DNA from: a virus
Virus record (IMG/VR): IMGVR_UViG_3300044697_000009
Span: 1-64,000 of that record
Length of the DNA stretch: 64,000 nucleotides
Reading direction: 5' to 3' (one strand)
The translations under genes and the position numbers were made by a program. Shown here one piece after another: positions 1 to 9,842 of the stretch; the stretch's first letter is position 1, and each line of letters starts with the position of its first letter. A model generated the notes under the pieces. It was not told where the DNA came from. It ran no database searches and saw only the letters and a list, made by a program, of their open reading frames with translations.

Positions 1-84
1 ATATATCGAAGTAATTGAAGAACAAAATGAGTATGATAAAATCTTAGATCATATGCCGATTCCCGGTGAAAACGAGTCGAACTA

Positions 85-2220
85 ATGTATGATAAACTCA
101 TATTTGGAAAAAATAATACCGAGAATGTAGTAAGTATTGAAATCAAAGACCATGAAGCTGAAATATTCACTGAGACTAAGGACGGAGTCACATCGTTTAA
201 GACTGGAAACAAATTCTGGATTCTCAGTCCTTATCCAGTTAAGACCGTCAATGGGTGGATAAAACTTCAAGGCGATCTTCACTATAAATTCGGATTATTG
301 TTTGACAATGAACGAGATTTCTTGAATACTAAACGTGGACTTCATGGAGACACGTATTCAATCTACGATAAAAAAGAAGCCTTCATGGTTGCACAAGGCT
401 TTACTAGTTTTAAAAACTTAAGTCTTAAAGATGTCTCAGTATTATCATTTGATATCGAGACAACAACCCTTGACCCTAATGCTCCTAATGCGAAGATATT
501 ATTAATCTCAAATACGTATCGTAAAGGAGATTTTACTGAAAAACGATTGTTCTGCTATGATGATTATGACTCAGTTTCTGAATTTATTGATGATTGGTGT
601 ACATGGGTTCGTGAAAAAAATCCGAGCATTCTTTGCGGGCATAATATCTTTGGATTTGACTTACACTATCTTAATACTATCGCTGTTATTAATAACACTA
701 CTCTGTCACTTGGTCGCGATAACTCCCCGATAAGATTTAATACATTTGAGTCAAAGTTTCGAAAAGATCAAACTCAGAATCTTTCTTATAAACGATGTTT
801 TGTCTATGGCCGAGAAATTGTTGATACTTACTTCCTTAGTATAAAATACGATACAGTAGCAAAGAAATACGAATCCTACGGATTGAAACAAATCATCAAG
901 ACTGAAGGCTTAGAGAAAACTAATCGCGTGTTTTACGACGCTTCAAAGATTCGTGATAACTACATGATTCCTGAAGAATGGAAAAAAATCAAGAAATATT
1001 GCGAAGATGACTCTGATGATTCTTTGGCGTTGTTTGATCTTATGGGTCCACCATTCTTTTATATGACCCGTAATATACCTAAGAGTTTTCAATCTGTATG
1101 TTATTCGGCAAGTGGAGCACAGATCAATTCAATAATGGTTCGTGCTTATCTTCAAGACGGCCATTCAATTCCTAAAGCATCTATGTCTGAAAACTTCGAA
1201 GGTGCTATTAGTTTTGGTAATCCAGGTATTTACACTAACGTTTTTAAAGCTGACGTTGCAAGTCTTTATCCGTCTATAATGATTCAATATGAAGTCTACG
1301 ATAAACAAAAAGATCCAAATGCGTATTTTAAACAACTAGTAAAAACATTTACTGAACTCAGACTTGAATACAAAAAACAAGCGAAGGAGAATAAATATTA
1401 TGATGATCTTCAGAATGCTTACAAAATTTTTATCAACAGTTGCTTTGGCTTCCTTGGGACTAACGGCCTCAATTTTAATTCTCCTGATAATGCTTCCTTT
1501 ATTACTTCTACAGGTAGAGACATCCTCACTACATCCATCAAATGGGCTGAAGAAAATGGCTTCAAAATCTGTAATGTTGACACAGACTCCCTTAGCATTT
1601 GCTTTATGGATGGCCGGGACTTCAATGGAGAAGTACACGATATACTTAGAAGACTTAATAACCTTTATCCAGCTCGTATTCGATTCGAAGATGACGGATA
1701 CTACAAAAAAGTAATTGTATTTAAAGCTAAGAATTATGTCTTGTGGGATGGGAAAAAAATCAAACAAAAGGGTTCAGCATTAAAAGCTGGAACAAAAGAA
1801 TTAGCATTGAAAGAATTTATGAATAAAATCGTAGATTCTATACTCAATGATAGACATGACTATACTGATATATACAATGAATACGTCAAGGAGATCTCAA
1901 ACATTACTGACATCAAACGTTGGAGTACTCGCAAGACGATTACAGATAAAGTAACTAACGCAGAAAGAACGAACGAACAAAAAGTATTAGATGCGATTAA
2001 AGGAACTGAAATCAAAGAAGGTGATAGGGCTTACTTTTTCTTTAAGTCAGATGACACTCTTTGTCTGATACAGAATTTCAATGGCGATTATTCTAGGACT
2101 AAGCTTCTTGAGAAACTTTATAAAACGGCGCAGATATTTGAGACTGTATTACCTGTAGATGATTTGTTTTTGAATTTTAAATTAAAACGTAACCAAGAAT
2201 TGTTGAAGCAAATTGCATGA
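85..2220 (+). CDS. polB: Family B DNA polymerase with 3'-5' exonuclease
   Basis: Exo motifs FDIET and GHNIFGFD; polymerase motifs DVASLYPS, KIFINSCFG, NVDTDS, KNY. Confidence 0.95.
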   Translation: MYDKLIFGKNNTENVVSIEIKDHEAEIFTETKDGVTSFKTGNKFWILSPYPVKTVNGWIKLQGDLHYKFGLLFDNERDFLNTKRGLHGDTYSIYDKKEAFMVAQGFTSFKNLSLKDVSVLSFDIETTTLDPNAPNAKILLISNTYRKGDFTEKRLFCYDDYDSVSEFIDDWCTWVREKNPSILCGHNIFGFDLHYLNTIAVINNTTLSLGRDNSPIRFNTFESKFRKDQTQNLSYKRCFVYGREIVDTYFLSIKYDTVAKKYESYGLKQIIKTEGLEKTNRVFYDASKIRDNYMIPEEWKKIKKYCEDDSDDSLALFDLMGPPFFYMTRNIPKSFQSVCYSASGAQINSIMVRAYLQDGHSIPKASMSENFEGAISFGNPGIYTNVFKADVASLYPSIMIQYEVYDKQKDPNAYFKQLVKTFTELRLEYKKQAKENKYYDDLQNAYKIFINSCFGFLGTNGLNFNSPDNASFITSTGRDILTTSIKWAEENGFKICNVDTDSLSICFMDGRDFNGEVHDILRRLNNLYPARIRFEDDGYYKKVIVFKAKNYVLWDGKKIKQKGSALKAGTKELALKEFMNKIVDSILNDRHDYTDIYNEYVKEISNITDIKRWSTRKTITDKVTNAERTNEQKVLDAIKGTEIKEGDRAYFFFKSDDTLCLIQNFNGDYSRTKLLEKLYKTAQIFETVLPVDDLFLNFKLKRNQELLKQIA

Positions 2221-3143
2221 AACAAAAAGTTAACATATTACTTGCTGGTGGTGGAGCTGGAGACTTGCTGTGTGCATTAGTCGCAGTTGATTACAACATC
2301 AGGCATTATGACAACTGTACGTTTTATACATATGTACCAGATTATCTTCTTGAGTTCGCAAGACATGTTTTACCAAATGAAGCAATCGTGAGGTCATATA
2401 CCAAAGCTAAGTCTAAATACGATGCATCACTACCGGGAGTCACGACTCAATGGAATAATTCATTTCATACGGCAATGAGAACGCATCCTTTGGATTATTC
2501 ATTTCACGTACTTACAGATAAACATATTTATGACATCAACGAGAAGAACTATCTTAAGATCAATCCTGAAAGAATACATATCGAAAGATTTGAACTTCCT
2601 GAGAAATATGTAGTCTTCGCTTGTGCAGCTGTTGTACCAGTTAAAGAAATTCCAGTATCAACAATGAATCAAATCATAGACTACGTTTTAGCTAAAGGAT
2701 ATGTTCCGGTGTTCTTAGGTAAAACATTTGCTCATACTGGATATGGTGATGTTGCGATTCAAGCTTCACCTATAGATATTAATTTCAATAAAGGATTTAA
2801 TTTACTCAATAAGACTTCATTATTAGAAGCGGCGAAGATTATCCATGGAGCTAAAGCTTTTATCGGTGCTGATGGTGGACTTATGCATCTTGCCGGATTT
2901 ACAGACACCGAGATCCTAGCTTCATTTACATTAGCATCTCCTACACACCTAGCTCCAATTCGTAATGGAAGTCAGACGTATAAATTCCACGCAATAGAGC
3001 CTGATGACATGTCCGGTAAATATTATCAAACTAACACGAATTTCAACTTTGATGAAGACATGAGATTTTTTGATGGATGGGAAAAGGTTCGCGATTCAAT
3101 CACGGCAGATAAGTTTATTAAAGTCCTGGAGGAAATTCTTTGA
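2217..3143 (+). CDS. GT9-like (GT-B fold) glycosyltransferase
   Basis: N-terminal GGAGDLL; C-terminal LLNKTSLLEAAKII...FIGADGGLMHLAG, typical of GT9 heptosyltransferase-like proteins. Confidence 0.85.
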   Translation: MKQKVNILLAGGGAGDLLCALVAVDYNIRHYDNCTFYTYVPDYLLEFARHVLPNEAIVRSYTKAKSKYDASLPGVTTQWNNSFHTAMRTHPLDYSFHVLTDKHIYDINEKNYLKINPERIHIERFELPEKYVVFACAAVVPVKEIPVSTMNQIIDYVLAKGYVPVFLGKTFAHTGYGDVAIQASPIDINFNKGFNLLNKTSLLEAAKIIHGAKAFIGADGGLMHLAGFTDTEILASFTLASPTHLAPIRNGSQTYKFHAIEPDDMSGKYYQTNTNFNFDEDMRFFDGWEKVRDSITADKFIKVLEEIL

Positions 3144-3790
3144 AGACTCTTTTATTCGCACCTTGTTATTTGAATGAAGGTGAGAGATTACAAAGAAATA
3201 TTAAATGGTTGAACTATTATTTGCCGATGCAAAATAAAGAATTAAATTTCGATTCTATTTATTTGGTTGATAATTCTTCATCAAAAGAAAAATTAGATGT
3301 ATTAAAGTCTCAATTCAAAAATGCGCCAATAGAAATTTATGAAAGAAAGGTTCATCTTCCTCGTTGGAAAACCAATGCCTATCCTTATTGGTATGTAGGT
3401 TTTGCTAAAGCTTTAGAATATGCAATAAAAAATGAATATTCTAAAATCTTACACATAGACAGTGATGTATATTTATTGAATAAGAATATCTGCGATTATG
3501 TCAATAACGCCAATACCGGGTGGATTGCATTTTGGTGTAGTATGTATAACTATCCAGAAACTACTTTCCAAATAATTAATCAAGATAATTTCCAACTCGC
3601 TCATCGTTGGTTTACCGAGGATTTTTTAGAATTCTATCCAGAAGATATAGCCGAAACCAGGATACCGTTTACTTATGTAGAAAAAAAATTCAATGGTGAT
3701 AGATTTGGGGAAAAATTATTACAACAAAACGATTCAATGGATTATTATGGCCAATGTCCAGTTGATATTACATTAAAGTTTAGGGGTTGA
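3140..3790 (+). CDS. Putative GT-A fold glycosyltransferase
   Basis: YLVDNSS strand motif and DxD motif (LHIDSDV); overlaps the GT9 stop. Confidence 0.6.
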   Translation: MKTLLFAPCYLNEGERLQRNIKWLNYYLPMQNKELNFDSIYLVDNSSSKEKLDVLKSQFKNAPIEIYERKVHLPRWKTNAYPYWYVGFAKALEYAIKNEYSKILHIDSDVYLLNKNICDYVNNANTGWIAFWCSMYNYPETTFQIINQDNFQLAHRWFTEDFLEFYPEDIAETRIPFTYVEKKFNGDRFGEKLLQQNDSMDYYGQCPVDITLKFRG

Positions 3791-3791
3791 T

Positions 3792-3968
3792 ATGAAATTT
3801 CTTAAGAACTTTATATTTGGAGCTTTTGTACTTCCTATTGCATTCGTGCTTATGATAACAATACCTGCAATTCCGTCATTTTTAGCGTATATAAAAAGTA
3901 ATCTATTATGGCTTCTTTTATATTTACCATGTCTTGGATTGGTTTATGCTATAGAGGAAAATAAATGA
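3792..3968 (+). CDS. Small two-TM membrane protein (58 aa, not in ORF track)
   Basis: MKFLKNFIFGAFVLPIAFVLMITIPAIPSFLAY...; fills the gap, ATGA overlap with next gene. Confidence 0.6.
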   Translation: MKFLKNFIFGAFVLPIAFVLMITIPAIPSFLAYIKSNLLWLLLYLPCLGLVYAIEENK

Positions 3969-4579
3969 AAGCTATTATACCTTGTAGCGGATTTGGTTCT
4001 AGAATGAACATGAAACCCAATCAATCTAAAGAACTGTTACTAGATTCTAAAGGTAAGTATATTATTGAATACTCTATGGATTTATGTGAAGACTATGGTA
4101 TAGAACCATTATTTATTACTCGTCCTGAGAAAGAAGACCTAATACATTACCTAAAAGCTAATGATCTCAATGTGTTAGTTCAACCTCCCGGAAAAGAATG
4201 GGCCGAGACTGTACACAACTCTAAAGACCACTGGGACTCTAAAAACATACTTATCCTACCTGATACTCGTTTTACACCAACAAACGCAATACAGCAAGTA
4301 ATAGACGCTTTAAACTTCGGTTCTGAGGTAGTCTTTGGTCTTCATAGAGTCTCAGATGTATCTCAATGGGGTAATGTTACTATCAGTCAGTATTGTGAAA
4401 AACCCAAAGAAACGACTGAAGGATATGCATGGGGAATTATAGGGTTTACAGACTATGCAGGAGATTCTTTATTTCGTAAAATGCAGACAAATGACTATAA
4501 CTACCATAGTTTTAACACTAACTACGTATTTCTTAATACTTTCAAAGATTTAACTAGGACAGGAGTGATTGATGATTAA
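3965..4579 (+). CDS. Sugar-phosphate nucleotidyltransferase-like protein
   Basis: N-terminal KAIIPCSGFGSRM..SKELL; LILPD; EKP motif. Confidence 0.8.
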   Translation: MKAIIPCSGFGSRMNMKPNQSKELLLDSKGKYIIEYSMDLCEDYGIEPLFITRPEKEDLIHYLKANDLNVLVQPPGKEWAETVHNSKDHWDSKNILILPDTRFTPTNAIQQVIDALNFGSEVVFGLHRVSDVSQWGNVTISQYCEKPKETTEGYAWGIIGFTDYAGDSLFRKMQTNDYNYHSFNTNYVFLNTFKDLTRTGVIDD

Positions 4580-4814
4580 TTTTCTAAAACGATTATTCAA
4601 ACGAAACCGCCGTGAGGAAGTAGCCCCCCAACTATCAGATGCAACAGAAGGTGTCGATTTAATCGCAAAACAGTTATCTCAGGAACAAAATAATGTAGTA
4701 TCTTTGCGCCCCGAATATAATAACTATAATTACGAGGTCCTTGAGACTGTTATAACGAATAAAATGGCGGAAGAAATTAAACAAGCCTATAGTACGGAAA
4801 CAAAAGATGAGTAA
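4569..4814 (+). CDS. Hypothetical protein
   Basis: ORF packed in the operon with GGAG RBS. Confidence 0.55.
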   Translation: MMINFLKRLFKRNRREEVAPQLSDATEGVDLIAKQLSQEQNNVVSLRPEYNNYNYEVLETVITNKMAEEIKQAYSTETKDE

Positions 4815-5034
4815 AGTCATCAGTCTTGAAGACATTAAGCAGTCTAAGAAATCTAAAGTAATCGCAGAAGAACTCGATATCTGTATAAACATTCTTAGGC
4901 TAACTATTAAGGGTTTAAGGCTCTTTAGGTATTACTCTCCAATCCAAGACTTATTACCTCAACTTCAAGACACGAAGACTATACTTGAAATCCATAAAAA
5001 CCAACAACTTAATCTGATCGATCATGACGAATGA
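4807..5034 (+). CDS. Hypothetical protein
   Basis: ORF packed in the operon. Confidence 0.55.
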   Translation: MSKVISLEDIKQSKKSKVIAEELDICINILRLTIKGLRLFRYYSPIQDLLPQLQDTKTILEIHKNQQLNLIDHDE

Positions 5035-5135
5035 TGTTGAAGGATTCAATGACCTAGACGCAAGCGAAGGTATTGGAGTATCAACTACCCAAGACTTTAA
5101 CAATAATTGTGATAGGTCTAGAAAAGGATTTAAAA

Positions 5136-6119
5136 ATGGATATTTTAGAAGAAATAAAAGGTTTTATTCAAGAAGCTGCAAAAAAGTTCAACGTAGAACC
5201 GTTTAATGTAACACCTGCTCAGTTCTGGCTTGTGTCAGAGAATATCACGGAATGGCAATTAAGAAAACGTGGTGGATTTACCGCTGTTCGAGATGCCTTA
5301 TTCCCTAAAAAAGACTCAATTGATCCTAATAAAAAAGCCAAAGTCTTGATTTTTGATATAGAGACTGCTCCTATATTAGCCCATGTATGGCAACTTTGGG
5401 ATCAGACTGTAGGATTAAATCAGATTGAAAACGATTGGCATGTATTAAGCTGGTCTGCTAAATGGCTTGATGATCCAGAAGATAAGATTATGTACATGGA
5501 TCAACGTAATGCTAAGAATATTGAAGATGACAAAGAAATCCTTGAAGGAATATGGAAACTTCTTGACGAAGCAGATGTTGTCATTACTCAAAATGGCAAA
5601 GCATTTGACCAGAAAAAGCTTAATGCTAGATTTGTTATGAACGGTATGCAACCACCTAGTACGTTTAAACACATTGACACTAAGGTTATAGCTAAGAAGC
5701 ACTTTGCTTTTACTAGTAACAGTCTTGAGTATATGACCTCCCATCTCTGTACGAAATATAAGAAACTCAAACACGCTAAATTCTCGGGGTTTTCGTTATG
5801 GAAAGCATGTCTTGAAGGTAATCTAGAAGCATGGGAAGAAATGAGAATCTATAACAACCATGACGTTCTTAGCCTTGAAGAATTATATAAAAAACTCGCT
5901 CCATGGGATAACTCAGTAGATTTCAATATTTACCATAACGGACTTGAGAATACTTGTTCTTGTGGTAGTTCTGATTTCATTAAATACGGCCTTCATCACA
6001 CTAAAACTGGTGTATTTCAACGCTATAGATGTAAGAAATGTGGTTCTGAAACACGGGATTCATCTAACCTTCTGTCTAAAGAAAAACGTGCAAGTCTAAA
6101 AAAACCAACTAATCGTTAA
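5136..6119 (+). CDS. RNase H-like (DEDD/YprB-type) exonuclease with C-terminal Zn ribbon
   Basis: IFDIET, QNGKAFD, YNNHDV; CSCGS...CKKCG; ATG 5136 chosen for its AAGGA RBS (track start 5073). Confidence 0.8.
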   Translation: MDILEEIKGFIQEAAKKFNVEPFNVTPAQFWLVSENITEWQLRKRGGFTAVRDALFPKKDSIDPNKKAKVLIFDIETAPILAHVWQLWDQTVGLNQIENDWHVLSWSAKWLDDPEDKIMYMDQRNAKNIEDDKEILEGIWKLLDEADVVITQNGKAFDQKKLNARFVMNGMQPPSTFKHIDTKVIAKKHFAFTSNSLEYMTSHLCTKYKKLKHAKFSGFSLWKACLEGNLEAWEEMRIYNNHDVLSLEELYKKLAPWDNSVDFNIYHNGLENTCSCGSSDFIKYGLHHTKTGVFQRYRCKKCGSETRDSSNLLSKEKRASLKKPTNR

Positions 6120-6127
6120 GATTTTAC

Positions 6128-6156
6128 TTGACTTTTTATATAATATGTGATATAGT
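6128..6156 (+). promoter_or_regulatory. Sigma70-type promoter with TG-rich spacer
   Basis: TTGACT-17nt-TATAGT, TGTG just before the -10. Confidence 0.8.
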
Positions 6157-6182
6157 ATACCTATAATCAAAGGAGGATTATT

Positions 6183-6401
6183 ATGAAAAATTATCTCGTA
6201 CCTGAAAACATTCTCAAGAACATGCTTTATATTGTTACTCGTCAACCGTATGGTGATGTTGCAGATCTAGTTAAAAACATTGAAGCAAATGTTCGAGTCT
6301 CGCCAGTCGTCGATGCAGAACCCGAAGCTTCTGTTGTAGAAACCCAACCCGATACCCAAGCCGTTAGTAATCAAACCGAAGCTCCTCAACAAGCTAACTA
6401 A
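6183..6401 (+). CDS. Hypothetical protein
   Basis: Strong AAGGAGG RBS, downstream of promoter. Confidence 0.7.
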   Translation: MKNYLVPENILKNMLYIVTRQPYGDVADLVKNIEANVRVSPVVDAEPEASVVETQPDTQAVSNQTEAPQQAN

Positions 6402-6410
6402 GGAGATAAA

Positions 6411-6755
6411 ATGGCCGGAGGCAAGAAATTCGATCAAGGCAAGCCTCGTTTGTCGCTAGTTAGTTCAGATGGAATTGAAGAAGTTGCAAAAGTCGCAACC
6501 TTCGGCGCTCTTAAATACGATGACCATAACTGGCGAAATGGATTTAAATGGTCTAGAGTATTAGATGCTGCAATGAGACATTTGAATAAATATAACCGAG
6601 GTGAACGTATTGATTCAGAAAGTGGGTTATCTCACTTAGCTCATGCTGCGTGGAATCTTCTTGCGTTGATAGAATTTGAGAAACACAACATCGGCGAGGA
6701 TGATTTATTTAAGGGTTATAAAGATGAAGAAAACAAGTCTTCTAACGAAGATTAA
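6411..6755 (+). CDS. dATP/dGTP diphosphohydrolase-like protein (DUF5664-type)
   Basis: KFDQGKPRLSL, FGALKY..NWR.G, AAMRHL, D.ESGLSHLAHAAWN. Confidence 0.88.
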   Translation: MAGGKKFDQGKPRLSLVSSDGIEEVAKVATFGALKYDDHNWRNGFKWSRVLDAAMRHLNKYNRGERIDSESGLSHLAHAAWNLLALIEFEKHNIGEDDLFKGYKDEENKSSNED

Positions 6756-7056
6756 GAATTTATTACTCCCGATTCGCGTTTCAGACGTATCTAAGCTTCC
6801 ATTCTATAAAACTACTCCGCAAGGACGTAAAGCCGTAGTTAATAAACTCGACGTATATTATTTAACTGGCGATAGATGGATTCCAAAAGAAATTAAGTCA
6901 GACCCACATACAAGAAACACGGAAGACGATTTCAAACTCATGGAATGGGGTTATGATCATAGAGACCCTGTAAGGACCAGAAATGGGCAAAACGAAACCG
7001 GAGGATCAGCTCCGCAAGTTACTGAGGGAACAGAAATTAGAAATCAGGCGACTTGA
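6724..7056 (+). CDS. Hypothetical protein
   Basis: ORF in operon; start uncertain. Confidence 0.4.
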   Translation: MKKTSLLTKIKNLLLPIRVSDVSKLPFYKTTPQGRKAVVNKLDVYYLTGDRWIPKEIKSDPHTRNTEDDFKLMEWGYDHRDPVRTRNGQNETGGSAPQVTEGTEIRNQAT

Positions 7057-7237
7057 AAGGGAAGTAAAGCAATTACGTAAACACCAACAACCTCAACAAG
7101 AACCTAAAGACAAGCCGAAGAAACAAATGAATCCCATGTGTTATGATTGCGGTAAGTCCGAATTCACTAGAATGGATATAGGAAACCGAAGTTATTACGT
7201 CTGTGATTTATGTGGTTATAGAGAACGAATCTCATGA
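6983..7237 (+). CDS. Coiled-coil plus Zn-ribbon protein
   Basis: CYDCG...CDLCG. Confidence 0.6.
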   Translation: MGKTKPEDQLRKLLREQKLEIRRLEREVKQLRKHQQPQQEPKDKPKKQMNPMCYDCGKSEFTRMDIGNRSYYVCDLCGYRERIS

Positions 7238-7524
7238 CTAAAAAAGATAAAGCTAAAGACTATCATCTAAAACGAACCTATGGCATTACCTTAAAGCAAT
7301 ATAAGAAAATGCTTAAGGATCAAAACAATTCCTGTAAAATCTGTAAACGTCATGAATCAGAATTCTCTAATTCTTTAGCTGTAGATCATGATCACAAAAC
7401 CAATGAGATTCGCGGCCTCTTATGCTTTGTGTGCAATAAATTAATCGTTGGACGACATAACAAAGACTCTGTAAAAAAACTTGTTGAATACATTCTGCCA
7501 GAATACGAATTAATAAAGAAATAA
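7234..7524 (+). CDS. Recombination endonuclease VII family protein
   Basis: YGIT..Y..ML..Q..CKIC...LAVDHDH...IRGLLC..CN. Confidence 0.9.
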   Translation: MTKKDKAKDYHLKRTYGITLKQYKKMLKDQNNSCKICKRHESEFSNSLAVDHDHKTNEIRGLLCFVCNKLIVGRHNKDSVKKLVEYILPEYELIKK

Positions 7525-7534
7525 CATTTTTCTC

Positions 7535-7563
7535 TTGACTTTTTACTAGAACTGTGGTATAGT
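7535..7563 (+). promoter_or_regulatory. Sigma70-type promoter
   Basis: TTGACT-17nt-TATAGT with TGTGG before the -10. Confidence 0.8.
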
Positions 7564-7572
7564 GGATGAATA

Positions 7573-7839
7573 ATGGATAAAGTTCAAAATATTATTAAAA
7601 CAATATTATCTAAAATGAACTTACTGAGTTACGATGAAAAGCTCAGTCTTACTAATCTCATAGTTTATATTTTTACTGCTATAACTGCTTTTAGATTATT
7701 ATTTGCCAATGTCACTATACATTTCTCTCATGGATCTTGGAACATCCCAGATCTTAATATTTCAGTAGTTCTTCCAATGCTGTTTGGACTTTTAAATTAT
7801 GGCCATAAAAGATATATTAATGATAATAACTCAGACTAA
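7573..7839 (+). CDS. Two-TM membrane protein, possible holin
   Basis: Two hydrophobic segments, 88 aa. Confidence 0.45.
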   Translation: MDKVQNIIKTILSKMNLLSYDEKLSLTNLIVYIFTAITAFRLLFANVTIHFSHGSWNIPDLNISVVLPMLFGLLNYGHKRYINDNNSD

Positions 7840-7863
7840 GGTTAAAAACCAGGAAGGTAATGA

Positions 7864-8730
7864 ATGAAACTCGTTTTGACAATATTCGCAATTCTCGCAG
7901 CTGTTATAGGTGTAGCTGAATTAACATCAAGTGGTGATAGAACAAAAGCCAGTGTTATGATTACGACAAGAAGTCTTGATCACGGCGGAACTGGAACTAT
8001 CCTTCAGTCAAGTAATCAAGGTAGTTATATCTTGACCAACGCTCATGTCTGTGAGGTAGTTAAAGACGGTGGAGTAGTTACTGCTAATCATCAACAATAT
8101 CAAGTCGATGCATATCAAGAATCACCTACTAATGATCTTTGTATGATATATGTTCAACAAAACCTTCATGAGTCAACTAAGATCTCCCATCGCGCCCCTC
8201 GATTAAATGCAGATGCGACCGCAGTTGGCCATCCGGCTCTTATGCCTACTGTTATTTCCGAAGGTAAATTCTCTGAGCATTCTATCATTAATGTTATCAT
8301 CGGGTTTAAACCTTGTACAGCAGAAGATCAAGCCGATCCGTTAAAAGGATTGTTATGTGCGTTTTTAGGTGGTATTCCTATTGAACGTAGTTATGATTCC
8401 CAACTCGTATCAGCGACGATTATGCCTGGTAGTTCTGGAAGTGCCGTATATAACACAAGTAATAGACTTGTTGGTGTTGTATTTGCTGGTCAAGGTGATT
8501 TTGGCTATGCCTGGACTATGCCATATCAAGCCGTGACTCGTTTCTTGTATCGTGAACTCCGTCGTGATGGATGGACGTATGTAGATCAATCAAGTGTTTT
8601 TGGAGTGAAATCAGAAGCGAGGAACGTTGATATCTATACCGCAATGAATAAATGCAAAACGTTGCGAACTATTCCTAATGATGAAGTAGCTAGGATTTGT
8701 AACATCTTGAAACGTGATGTGGTGTATTAA
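7864..8730 (+). CDS. Secreted trypsin-like serine protease
   Basis: Signal peptide; catalytic triad LTNAHVC / NDLC / PGSSGS. Confidence 0.9.
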   Translation: MKLVLTIFAILAAVIGVAELTSSGDRTKASVMITTRSLDHGGTGTILQSSNQGSYILTNAHVCEVVKDGGVVTANHQQYQVDAYQESPTNDLCMIYVQQNLHESTKISHRAPRLNADATAVGHPALMPTVISEGKFSEHSIINVIIGFKPCTAEDQADPLKGLLCAFLGGIPIERSYDSQLVSATIMPGSSGSAVYNTSNRLVGVVFAGQGDFGYAWTMPYQAVTRFLYRELRRDGWTYVDQSSVFGVKSEARNVDIYTAMNKCKTLRTIPNDEVARICNILKRDVVY

Positions 8731-8926
8731 TATGAAAAAATTGGCGTTAATAACAAGCTATTTAAGTGCGACATTGGCAACTATCGTTGGTATATCGACC
8801 GCAATTTTCGCATATACCTCCAATACTACAGCTAGAGCAACTACAGTGGCGGTGATATTAGGAATATTTAGTATTGCGTCTTGGGGCATTTCTTTTACTA
8901 GTCCTAAGAATTTAGAGGAAAGATAA
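8714..8926 (+). CDS. Small two-TM membrane protein
   Basis: Two hydrophobic helices. Confidence 0.55.
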   Translation: MMWCINMKKLALITSYLSATLATIVGISTAIFAYTSNTTARATTVAVILGIFSIASWGISFTSPKNLEER

Positions 8927-9273
8927 TGCTACAGAATATAAAGACTGCTATTACTAATGTTGCAAATCAGATTGTTCAAGGCATTACCATCATAGCAGGA
9001 ATCGTAGCTGCTGTATTTGCTGCGCTGTTCTTTATCGAACGAAATGAAAAAGATGCAGATGATGCACTACTGAAAGACCAAAAAGCTAATGCTCAGATTA
9101 ATCAGGATGAATCGCAAGTCTCACAAAACGATAAAGCCTTAGATTCTGAAGCACAAAAAAGACAAGATACAGAGAATCAGATTAATAATGAGAATAAGGA
9201 GAATCCTAGTGAAGGCCAAATGCTTGATTTCTTTAATTCTAATGACTCTAGTAACTCTTCCAGCAAAAGCTGA
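8926..9273 (+). CDS. Membrane-anchored coiled-coil protein (i-spanin-like)
   Basis: N-terminal TM followed by a polar coiled coil. Confidence 0.5.
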   Translation: MLQNIKTAITNVANQIVQGITIIAGIVAAVFAALFFIERNEKDADDALLKDQKANAQINQDESQVSQNDKALDSEAQKRQDTENQINNENKENPSEGQMLDFFNSNDSSNSSSKS

Positions 9274-9463
9274 TACGAAGTTTCATTTCCATGACCGTGT
9301 TTCATTTACTCGTGATTTCTACGGGAAATGTGAAGGAACTGTAATTAGCTTTAAAGCTCCTGATACTTATGAACTTGAATCGGTGTATTGCAATGGTTAC
9401 TTTTATATGGGTCGTTTGTTCGCAACTGAAAACGAACTTACGATAGTGCCGACAAGTGATTAA
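9188..9463 (+). CDS. Small exported protein
   Basis: Signal-peptide-like segment ending AKA, then a short beta domain. Confidence 0.5.
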   Translation: MRIRRILVKAKCLISLILMTLVTLPAKADTKFHFHDRVSFTRDFYGKCEGTVISFKAPDTYELESVYCNGYFYMGRLFATENELTIVPTSD

Positions 9464-9842
9464 ATATTTATTGATATTTACATTGTTAGGAAATTTATGC
9501 TATGCTGATACAAACGTTACGTTCTTGCCTAAAGGATCAACTACGCCGTATGACGGATATCTTTTCACACCAGACGCAGCAACAACTGCCTATAAAGCAG
9601 AACAACAATTACCCCAATATAAGCTTCTTAATGAATCACTTACAACCTCACTTACCCTCGAACAAAACAATACAAAACAAGAAACTGATGAAAAACAAAT
9701 CTGCATGACAGATAATCAAAACCTCAGAACAAGTCTTGAAAAAACAAAAGAAACATCAACTCTTGAGAAAATTCTTTACATCGGTATTGGTATTGTTGTA
9801 ACGGGGTTAGCTGTTGATCTTGGAAGTAAGGTGACTAGATGA
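9456..9842 (+). CDS. Exported coiled-coil protein with C-terminal TM (possible spanin component)
   Basis: Signal peptide, coiled coil, C-terminal hydrophobic anchor. Confidence 0.5.
   Translation: MIKYLLIFTLLGNLCYADTNVTFLPKGSTTPYDGYLFTPDAATTAYKAEQQLPQYKLLNESLTTSLTLEQNNTKQETDEKQICMTDNQNLRTSLEKTKETSTLEKILYIGIGIVVTGLAVDLGSKVTR

Noticed and set aside
1336-1767. Nested or antisense ORFs inside polB and other long genes
   Set aside because: Fully overlap well-supported genes and carry no motifs
5024-5206. 60-aa ORF overlapping the exonuclease start
   Set aside because: Large out-of-frame overlap and no motif; cannot be supported
6411-6755. Z-genome (2-aminoadenine) call from the diphosphohydrolase
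   Set aside because: No PurZ homolog visible in the window
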